From contig CP075495.1 in NCBI GenBank assembly GCA_021613535.1, forward strand, positions 10,354,001-10,418,000: a stretch of DNA of 64,000 bases. The letters run 5' to 3'. The position numbers and the translations under genes were made by a program. Below, in pieces: positions 1 through 11,043 of the stretch. Positions within the stretch are counted from its first letter, which is position 1. Each line of letters starts with the position of its first letter. The notes beneath the pieces were generated by a model. That model was not told where the DNA came from. It worked only from the letters and a program-made list of their open reading frames with translations, and made no database searches. The DNA comes from Adineta vaga. Its lineage: Eukaryota; Animalia; Rotifera.

Positions 1-1
1 A

Positions 2-685
2 TTAAATAATTCCAAGAAAACGATTCGTCGTTTTCAAATCGTTAAATCTGGTACTAAACATTCACTTTTTGTTACAACAACATTACCAATTACTTCGATC
101 AATCCATTGATTGAATCAGTATTTCAAACTAGTATTCAAACAAAAGAACAACATAGTCGATATATTGAACGTTTATTACCAATTTCATTCATATGTAAAG
201 CTTATGATGATGATTTAAGAAAATTAATCATCAAAACAGAATTTGTCGACCAAATTCTATCACTTATTGATGCAAATGATACTCAAACAGACAATACAAT
301 TTGGTTCGATGTTCAAGCAAAGAAATCCAATAATACACAAGTGAAATCAAGTCATTTAGAAGAGATTCTTATCAGTGATTTAATCTCGAGAAAATCAGAT
401 GATTTAAATGGAAAAATATTTAAACGTGATTATAAAAAGCCTCGTATATATATTTTATTACACGTGATTCGAAATGTTATATTAATTTCTGTAGTACGAA
501 ATTATGATCTCTATAAGAAATATAATCTTGCATCGATTAATCTAATTACAACAGTTGGAGAAAAAGACGAAGAAAAACAACAACAACAGCAGCAGCAGCA
601 AAAGAAGATCACATTCGATGACGATAACGATGATGACGATGAAGATGGTGATGATGATAACGAAGAAGAGAAATCAAATAACTAA
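2..685 (+). CDS. THUMPD1: THUMP domain-containing protein 1 (Tan1-like tRNA acetylation adaptor), 5'-partial
   Basis: The frame is open from position 2. Motifs RRFQIVKSG, SRYIERLLPISFICKAY and ISVVRNYDLYKKYNL resemble THUMPD1 (RRFQ..SG, RMLPISGTCKA, SVVKDY..FRKYNL). The tail is poly-Q and acidic. Confidence 0.85.
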   Translation, partial: LNNSKKTIRRFQIVKSGTKHSLFVTTTLPITSINPLIESVFQTSIQTKEQHSRYIERLLPISFICKAYDDDLRKLIIKTEFVDQILSLIDANDTQTDNTIWFDVQAKKSNNTQVKSSHLEEILISDLISRKSDDLNGKIFKRDYKKPRIYILLHVIRNVILISVVRNYDLYKKYNLASINLITTVGEKDEEKQQQQQQQQKKITFDDDNDDDDEDGDDDNEEEKSNN

Positions 686-908
686 AAACTAATTTATTTT
701 CATAAATGAAAGTAAAGTTCAAATGAAAAAACACACATTTTTTTTGTTGTAAAAATTGTTTGATTATATTATTAAACACGATCTTTAGGTCATGACCAAT
801 TCTTAGCACTTTCCTTTTCTTTTACTTATTTTGCGTTCGTTCTTTCTCGTTCTGCCCTTATGAGAATATCAATGTGGGGCGTAGACAAAGAGGGGTAAGC
901 ATCTTGCG

Positions 909-933
909 ATCACGCCATTCTGGTCTGTCGAAA
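909..933 (+). promoter_or_regulatory. SRE-like element ATCACGCCAT (909-918) plus TCTGTCGAAA (924-933) upstream of INSIG
   Basis: ATCACGCCAT resembles the SREBP site consensus ATCACNCCAC/T and lies about 130 nt before the INSIG ATG, just upstream of a TATA-like ATATAAA. Both motifs recur upstream of SMT (53166-53185). Confidence 0.5.
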
Positions 934-1045
934 CTGACTTATCGACTTACATATAAAGTCTACATATGTTTGTAAGTGTTTTTTTACTATCCACTATCAT
1001 CAATCTAGATACAAGGCAATAAGAAATTTTTTCACGAAAATATCA

Positions 1046-1863
1046 ATGACGACAATGCTAGTACGTACATCATCCTCGTCGAATTCAGCACGTTCATTAA
1101 TTTTATTTACATTTGGTTGTACAATGGCTATTGTATTAATGACATTTCAATATGAACATAAATTATTATTATTTAATTCACCTCGTTTGATGCTTACACT
1201 ACCATCTTTGAGTCTCATTTCTATTTGTGGTCTCGGTGCTGGTAAATCAATTAGAACTTAATGAATAACTATCTTTGTTCTTTGTATTTTACTAGCTCTA
1301 GTAGGCTTTATTTATCCGTTACTGACTACATCTATCGATCAAACATCTATGAATGTATATAAAGATGATTCAATACAAAAATCTCAAATATGTAAATCCC
1401 TTGTCATCTTCGTTGGTATAAATCATCTATGTGCTGTAAGTTGATTTCTAACGATGAATTAATGACAAATTATGTTCTTTTTTTCTGCTATTCAGAAAAT
1501 TCCATTTTCAAGTGATCTTCATTTTAGTATAATTATAGTTCTATTATGTATAGCATTTTGGTGGTATTTTGATGGTACGAAAATTGATTTTACTTTTTCA
1601 ATTACAATATCATTGATCTTAACAATAATAACAGAAATTTTATTACGTGCTGGTGCATTACAGTAAGTTAATCGATTTTAGATAACTTTAAATCTTACTA
1701 TTATTTTTGTTTGCATCAATAAAGATATACGAATTCAGACTTTTATTTAAAAACTTGTGTACCTTGTCTAACATTTGCTGGTGCTATTTTAATAATACAA
1801 ATAACGAAATTATTATCTCAATCAACGATTCAAATCGACTCTGAACATGTAAAAACTGAATAA
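1046..1863 (+). CDS. INSIG: Insulin-induced gene (INSIG) sterol-sensing ER membrane protein, 4 exons, divergent
   Basis: The spliced translation contains ICKSLVIFVGINHLCA-KIPFSSDLHFSIIIVLLCIAFWWYFDGT and YTNSDFYLKTCVPCLTFAG, matching INSIG FVGINHASAKLDF..GLWWTFDRS and YTSPDFL..LPCIFFSG. There are three short GT-AG introns and the stop TAA is at 1861-1863. Confidence 0.85.
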
Positions 1864-3673
1864 TTATATTATGAATTATGATTATTCGTTCATTGTTCTC
1901 GTCATTTTCAGTCATTTCGTTGTCTAATTGAATGATTGATTTCTAGCATTAAGTCTATCATTAATCGATTATATTGTCTTTTATTTGTATATTTCTGCTG
2001 ACCTATTTTACTATTTGTATACTGAATGTATCAACAGACTTTCAATGATAGAAAACCCTTTTCTTTCTGTTTATTTATTTATTTTTTTTTTGTATATATA
2101 CATATACTTATAAATGAAAAGATATGTTTTTGCGAGTATGAATATATATTTCAATAACTATAAGTTTCTCAATCATAAAAATATGTATGTTTGAAATTGA
2201 CTGATTAACAAGGGAGAAAAAAATATCGAGGGAAATGATCTAACAATATTTTTGTCTATGTTATCAGTGATTCTTGAAAACGTGTAATCAGATATTTTTC
2301 TAGTATGAAATACCATACATACCATCTATTAAATTAAGGAATGATTATGACAACTATTAGCGGTGGATATTTTCAAAAGATTCAATTCAATGAAAACAAA
2401 AAATTTTCTTATGATTAATCATTGATCATTCATGAAAGCACTTTGTTTCAATGTTATCATTACGGCTAACACATTTGTCGTGTAAGGTTAGATAAGTTCT
2501 CACATTACTCAAATTGCTGTTAGCTATATATAAACTAGTAAAAAAGGTTTTATCATATACTATATCACAAATTATTACGTTGTAATTTAAATCATTCAAA
2601 TAGTGTTAAGTAGATTGCTTCGATTTCTTTGATAACCTTGCTAATGGAAAAGAATTGATTCTCGTATCTGATTTCTATGCTCATTCAAGGAGAATATCAA
2701 GTGAAGAAACTTTACAATAATAAAAAAATATCTTGTTAGCTGACTGATTTATTTTGATTACGACATGATCGATGAATGGATGGACCATTCATTGACTAAT
2801 ACTTATCAAATTATATCAGTCAATAAAACAGACATTTGTTTGAGATTTTATCTTAACATAATTCTTCTCAGTATGATATAAAAATTATCCGAAGATTAAT
2901 CGTTTGCTTTCTTTTTCCTTCTCCTCCTCTAATGAATCATAACAAATAATTGATGTTCAGTGTGAAAAAAAAACGAATATAGAAAATTCCATTTCAAAAT
3001 TTGATTGAATTTTTGTAATAAATATTCATTTTATCTTTGATCCATATCGAATGATTTTATGTAATCTTTATCAACTAATGATAATCTCAATATTGAAATT
3101 CGAAGTTAATTTTTTTTCTCGTATGAAAATACAGTAATCATGTTGTTGTTCATGGGTTGACTCTTATTCAATTTTAATTGTTCAATAAAAAACAAACATC
3201 AAGGAAATGACTCAATCTTTTGATCTTATCATCGAATCGAGAGAACATTTTATTTTATTCTCGTTGGATGAACAACAAACAGAATAAAAAAGTCAATTTA
3301 AGCTATTATCTCAATGTAATAACTGTTCTCTTTTAGACAACTCTAATATGTACAACGAAAGAGAGAGAACGAACAAAAAGAAGAAGAAGAAGAAAAGAAC
3401 GAGACAGAGAAGAGAAAATTTCTCTTGTTCTTACTACAACCGCATAACGCGCAACGGCAGTAGCAGCAGGAAGCAACACGAACTATATATAAGCTCATCC
3501 TATTCTCCTCCCTGTTGTTCTCTCAATGGTGGTTCATCGTACTAACATTCAAGTACTCTCTTCATTTAAGTGGACATAGTAACTAATAGTACTTCTCAAT
3601 TGTTTCTTCTTGCCATCAAACTTAAAACAACAAACAATAACAACAAAAGTATATTCATCTATATCGCTTTACA

Positions 3674-6600
3674 ATGTTCTGGCTATTGTTCATTAATCTT
3701 CTTCTCATTATTCAAACATCTTCGCTCGATTACATCAATGGTAAGATGATTAAAATTATTTGATAGTAAATGAATATTTCAGATTTTCGTATATACATGT
3801 GAGCGAGTTTGAGTAATATAAAAGTTACAATATGAAATGCAAAACTCTTCCCAAAGTCATAAATCCAATGCATATATAAATGTATATGTATGGTGATGAT
3901 GTAAACGACTATTTTACCATATACATACACACGTCGTGATAATGTTCAAGTTCAGCTGTGATTTGCATAAATCATATCATCTTTTGTATATATATATATA
4001 TACGCATGTCTTTATACAAGATGAGATATATGCCGCTGTCCATCTGTAAAACTCTTTAGCAATCTCAATTGTCATTGCCTATTTATCGATACACTTGTTG
4101 TCGCCCACTCACTTAGATTTAGACAAGAGAAATTGACATGCAATCTCAATATACATATGCAAACATATAGAGCATCTCTTCGTTAGATGTTGATTATGGT
4201 GTTGAGTTATCTTGCTGGCTATTATACGGAAGAGACAGAGAGAGAAAGCAAGATATACTTACCTTGATAGCAAGAAGAAAGGATTATGTCATATCATCAT
4301 CATCATCATCTTTATCATCATTACAAAAGATGTTAACCGGATGTTACCGAGTACAAGTATCACGGATCATCTGTCTGTAATTACCGTGGACAATGGTCAG
4401 TAATAGAAAACACAATCGCCTAATAGAGAAGCATTTCTTCTGTTTTATATAAGTAAACTATCATTATGCAAAACTGATTTCTTCTCGTTTAATCTCTAAA
4501 GAGATTTATTTTATTCAAATAAAAAAAATGAGAAATTGTGCGCACCACTTATGAACAGTGCTGTTCCCTATGTGTCACCGATTTGCATTCCATCACATAC
4601 ATGCATACATACATATATATTGGCAGACATTAGCTCATTTGGGGATGTCTGTTACGAGATGTGAGTGAATGAAGTGTACGAACTGACTAATTCGATTGGG
4701 GATAACGCGCATCATTCAGTTCTAATTCGATCTTTCAAGATAGCATTTGTCCATTTTTTTGTCATTGCTCCTCTGCATGGATGATGAGTTTCGCTTTTGT
4801 GTATTGTTCTATAATACAACAAATCAATGATGACACTTGCTTTAGGGAAAGAACTTTTCTTTTTCTTTTTTAATAAAGATAATAAAATTAAAAATTGAAA
4901 ATTTAGATGGAAATCAATCTATCATTGAAGCATTACATAGAAATGTAACAGTAACTAGTGGACAAAAAGCTATATTAACATGTACATTTGGTCATACTGA
5001 TCAAGATTTATCACTTTCATCAACATATCAGTTAATATGGATTCGACAAAATTATGCATCAAATAGTGCCGATTCTTTATTGGCACATAATCAAGACTTA
5101 TTAATATCTGATTCTCGTTTAAATGTACAACGTACTGATGTTGAATATACGTTAACAATCACCAATGTTCAGGTGGATGATGAAGGTATCTATACCTGTG
5201 AAGTAAATACTCAACCATCACAAAAAGCATTTGTTCATTTGTATGTTCAAGGTAAATGAGATTTGATTTTTTTTCTGTTCTGTAGTTCTCGATTCTCTTA
5301 AAATGCATGATCATATTCTGCACCTGCTGGAAGAGAGAGTGGAAGATGAGATTTCTCTAAACGGAAATCATCATTCCGGAGTATTGCTCATATGAATGTG
5401 TTTAATGTCTATTCTAACTGTCAAAGTTAAGCATCACGCTCGAATTGGGATGACCAACACATTTCTAACTATGATCATCTATCCAACTCTAGAGTATTTA
5501 TTAGAATTGTTTATAATAGGAAAGGAAAGAGAGAGACAGAGAATGCGAATGATTCTTCGTTTAAGTGAATGCCAGACGAATCGAAGATGAAATGAAGGCG
5601 AAAGAAAAGATGTGTGCGTGCTGCTACTTAATGTATTTAATGTTATGGTGGTTAGGACAATAAAGATAAAGAAAATCGGTAAATGATGATGATCAGGAAG
5701 CTCTGGCAAATATATGGCAGAAGTGAACTGAACCGAGAGAGTATGTTTATATTTGAACGAGTGATGACATTTTGTTGTCTACATACAATACATACACGTA
5801 TATACACATGAAACAGAAATAGAGACATACACATACGGAATTGCTTTTCAACGCCTTTCTTTACTAATATAACGTGCGACGACTATCAGCGTGTCCTTTT
5901 GTTCGTCGTCAGTCATTTTATATTGCTTAGAAGATCTTAATTTTGATGCTCAGCTGATAGACATGCACGCTAGTGATGATGTGTGCGCGATCAATTAGGA
6001 TCTGTTAGCGTGTGATTTGATTTAGATAAATATGGAAAAAAAGAAGAAGAGGAAGACAATTGTGATCATTGAAAATGATAATTAGTCATGTATTTGTTTT
6101 CATATTGATATCTTTTATAAAAGAAAAAGAAAAAAAAACGCAGAATACTATTCATAGTTGATAGTTCATTTGTTCAACAAAAATCAAAACGATTATCTCG
6201 TTTATCGATTTCTTCATGCGAATAGTATGAAAAAAGGAAATGAATTGTACATGATCTGTATGATAAAAAAGAGATAGAATGAATCTATCAGATGCTAATT
6301 TGTTCTAATCAAAATTCTAGATGACATTCTTTTTTCCCCTTCTATGTATGTTATTAATCGACGTTAAGTAATCAGTTATGCTAGAATGATTGAATTAATG
6401 CGTGCACTTTCTAAGTTGCGATGGCGAATAGATTGAAAACATATGAAAACGTTTTTTTTTTCGTTGAATTATTACACAGATGTAGTTAACTAACTGAAGA
6501 TAATTTAAAACTGTCATGAAAAATTGTTTGTTAACTCACGCCCTCAAATATTTTCATCGTTTTTAGTCGATTGTTGACTAAATGTAATTGGTTGAAATCT

Positions 6601-9600
6601 AGAGATAGTTATCATTTTAAAAGAGGTTTTTGTTTATATCCTAATCATTAATACATACCTGAAACTTATTCTGTTGGTCACGCTTGACTGACAAAGATAT
6701 TAAATGGTTTGAGTATAGGTTTTACTTGTAAGGTAACCAGTTATGTATTTGAAATAAGCTTTTTCATGACATAATTGGTATTTTGATGCATCGAACGGAT
6801 TCAGAAGAATCGATATCTACGAAAAATCGTGCTGATGATTTATTTTTTGTTTTGGCAACTGGCATATTACCGATTATTGCTCAAGGTGCATATATTTTTG
6901 ATGTTTTCTATTATCATACTTATGGTGAATTAAGTACCGGTTATGAAGGTTTACTTTCATCAATATTGAGTGTCTTTGCCTATTTGCAATACTGTGTCCC
7001 ATTTCGATCACGTTATGTACGATTTTTTTATCATTTATTTCTCTGGATTTTATCCGAAGTTGGAACATTAGGTCATTTAGTATCATACGCCAAAAAAGAC
7101 GATGTACTTCATGTTGTTCTATATGCTCTATGGGCAACAATAGATTCGATTTATTTCATATGTCTAATTTATTGTCGAGTCTTTGGTAAAAGTCGTGGTC
7201 TTCATGTTCACATGCCAATAAAACAAGAACATCTCTTTCATTTTATTTCACGTTTAGAAGTTATTCTTGCGATATTTATTCCAGTCTTTTTTAATACACA
7301 TTTGATTACAATGACGAGAGATAATATTGCATTTTACATTTTATTTGATTTTTTTGCTGAACACTATCATCGTTTCAATGGAATTAAAATCAAAGCAACA
7401 TTATATATATTTGTTGTTGCAGTAACAGCATCAGTTACAACTGAATGGATTCATGTTGCTAGACACGAACAACGATTTGAAATTGCATCGTTAATATGTG
7501 AAATTGTTGCTGCTTGTCTTTGTTATTCGTTAATTGTTATGCAATTCTTTCCGTCTAACTTCGCTCAGAAGAAAAGTCGAAAGAGTAAACGATTAGAACA
7601 AATTACAGCAAGAATGTCAGTTACTACTGAACGAACATCTGATAACCGTTCAACTGATCAAGTTTCTAATGAAACCGAGACAGAAAAAGTGGCGAAATTT
7701 TGAGATTGTAATTATACTAACGTATATGTATATATGCATATTTTAATTTAAAAAATGAAGTTTTACTTTTAAAAAATAAAGTATATATATATATATTATC
7801 ATATTTTCTTCATGAAATAGTATAAAAAGTTTGATCAAAGATTTGTTCTTTTCTCTCATCTCAGTGATATCGCTAGATGTGCATAGAACTATTCATTTCA
7901 AATACTTTTGGATGTTTTAGAGAATAATTTTGCGAGAATAAGATTTTATTAATATATCATAGAAATCAATAGATTAGTATATAGTTAAAATTGGTTTGCA
8001 AATACTTGTGATCTATTAAGCATGAAAAGTCATGCGAACATGAACTGTTCCAGATGATTTAAGACCCATTAATTTTGGTAGTTTTACCCAATCATCGAAT
8101 GTTCCTGTTTGTTTAACAGAAGCAAGTTTAATTTTAGCTGAACCAATTGAATCTCGATCAGTTGGACCATCATCATCATAAACTTTTATATGTAAATGAT
8201 CTTGTTTTTCTTCTACACGACTAAACATATATTCGAGAGTAAATATATTACGAAAAAGCTTTATATACCAAACAACTACTTACAATTGGAATGTTTCATT
8301 CCATTGAGGATTGTTTGAATTTGAAATCGTTGCTGTTCGTTGTTTATAATCATCATCGAGATAAACTTCTACATAAGCATCATTTGCACCAGTAACAGTA
8401 TCTTCATCTTTAAGTTCTTTAGCTTCTACAATAGTTACCGATAATTGTCCAGCCATAATCAATTCGAGTGTAGATTAAAATAGTCAATAGAGTAAGTTTT
8501 TCTCGTCGATTTTTATATTCTAAAACAATAGATTGTTTATTCATGCATATCGATTAGTGAGAGAGAAAAATACATATCATTGACAAACAAATAAATATGA
8601 GACGTCATATTTTATTTTGGTCCGATTTATAATCATCGAACATATATTCTTATGAATAACAATTAAAGAATATAAAGATATCCGTCATAGTTAGCAATTG
8701 GAAGCAGATAAACTTGAAAATTTGAAGCATATATTGCAAAGAAAACAATTTTTATCTTTAAAAAATTGAAATATTTTGTATTTGAAATTTTCTTATTGTT
8801 GAAATTTTTTCGTAAAGAAAAAGAAATAAAATACGTTTAGGAAAGTTTCTGTGAAAATATATCTTGTTAAAAAAGTTAATTATTTGAATAATTATTGCCT
8901 ATTTTATAGACTAAAATCTTTTCTATGAATAATTATTTAGAAATTCCAATGATTATTGATAATGCCACATCATCACCAATCATTGTCACCGAACACGATA
9001 ATGTAACAATGAAATGTCAAGCTCGAGGTCGACCTATGCCCTATATATCATGGTTTCGTCGATATCGAGATGGAAAAGATCTTCATCATCAAATTCGATT
9101 AGAAAATCAAATATTAGCAAATAATACTGATGGTTTATATCATTTAATTAATGTTAGTCGTCATCAAAATGGACATTATGAATGTCGTGCATCGAATGGT
9201 GTTAACGATCACGTTGTTAGCAAAGATATTGAATTACGTGTGCTCTGTAAGTAGAAATTCAATCGTTTAGTTTTGTCAAAATGATAATGCATGAAAAATA
9301 AGGGTGAAAACAATGCACTTGAATGTTTAAGTAGAAAATGCTCATCTTCCTAATTGATAAATACGTGAAGATAATTAGAATTGTATATTTCATGCTTAAG
9401 ATCATTTACGTCAGTGAACTATGCACGGAACACTGACCGAGGTAGATAAATATATATATATATATATATAATAACAAGGTAGAAACTAAACTATCTAAAA
9501 AAACAAAATAATGAGTCGAGAGTAATTGAAACGAACTCTGATGACGTCTAAGAGTCATAATGCGTTGTTGGCATGTTTTATGTGCAGTATGTTTATTTTT

Positions 9601-11005
9601 CATTAGAGAATCAATTATGATTATTGCCCTTCAGTAATCAATATAACCTCCTGTTTCATAGAAATGACCAGAAGATTTATTGTTATGACGTAGAGAACGA
9701 TTGCTTTGGTCAAGCATTTCTTTATCTTTGAATGGAAAATCAGATTACTCACAGATGTTTATATGAAAAGAGAACGATGATGAACAATTGTTCTTGACAA
9801 GAATAAGAGACGCCGACCATCAGCCGACGGCGCGCAACATTTCATTTGACCTCAATTTTTCTCATTAGCAGTGAGCATCGTAGCCAACAATAAACAAAAG
9901 CAGAAAGAAAAGAATAGAATGAAGAAGAACTTGACCTATGTCTATTGGCACTATTGACGATAAAGGAGGCGTATGTCCGGAAGTAATAGTCGCCGTCAAT
10001 CATACTGACCTATCTGGGTAACAAAAACAGAAATTTTCTAGAAAAATCTCTATTGTTCCAATTTTTTTTCACGTCATGAATGAAGCAATAAAAACAATAC
10101 ATGCGTTCAAAGAATAAAACATTGTTTGATCATAAAGATAGATAATGTACAAAAATATTCTGCAGAGAATAGAACTCATGCAGATTTAATTCAATAAAAA
10201 TTTTATTATTGATGACCTTTAGTTGAAAAAATGCACTCTATGTCATCTAAAATAGTGATATACTTTCGATTATCGTAAGAAAAACGATAAGTTTCAATTT
10301 ATATAAATGATATGGATACATTGTTTGTTGACCTTAGAAATATCTGTATCATATATCATAAGAACAATATGATCAATGAAAATGTCTTTTCTTAAGTTTT
10401 TTTTTTGTCAAAAGGTTGATAAATAGAAATGAACTTAATGTGTATCATCGTAAATTATCTTGGTTTGTTTTCATCGTTCTTTCATACATTTTTCTTTCTT
10501 CATCGTTTTTTTTCTTGTTCATTTTTACTTCTCGCATATCGTCTTTGGCCTACTGCGTCAACGCCCAATGCCATTTTTATGGTGAAAGAAAAGTAGAAGT
10601 AAGACAAACGCAATATACATAAAATGAGAGGAAGAGAGAAAGAGAACCGAAAGAGAAAGCAATAAAAAAAATGAGAAACAGAGAAAAAAGTGCATTGACC
10701 AGATAACTATTGCACAGATTTTCGCTCTATCTCTCTTTCTCTCTCCTCCTACTTCGTCGCGTCTGATTGTTGTGTTGTTGTTCACCATCAGCGTCGTCAT
10801 CACCCTCTTTCTCTGACTCTCCCTCTCTCCCTCTCTCTCTCTTTCTCTACATTTCTCTGTCGGTTGTGTTCTCGGTTATTTCTCACTCAGTCAAAAACAC
10901 AGATGATCGTCAATACCATCTACATACCTCCAACTATCTACTAACGTTTCTCCGCTCAACAGCTGGTCCTGAATTCTAATAGAACGTCTCTCATATTTCA
11001 AGGAG

Positions 11006-11043
<38 letters not shown>

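Noticed and set aside
577-682. Poly-Q and poly-acidic tail of THUMPD1
   Set aside because: An ordinary low-complexity disordered tail.
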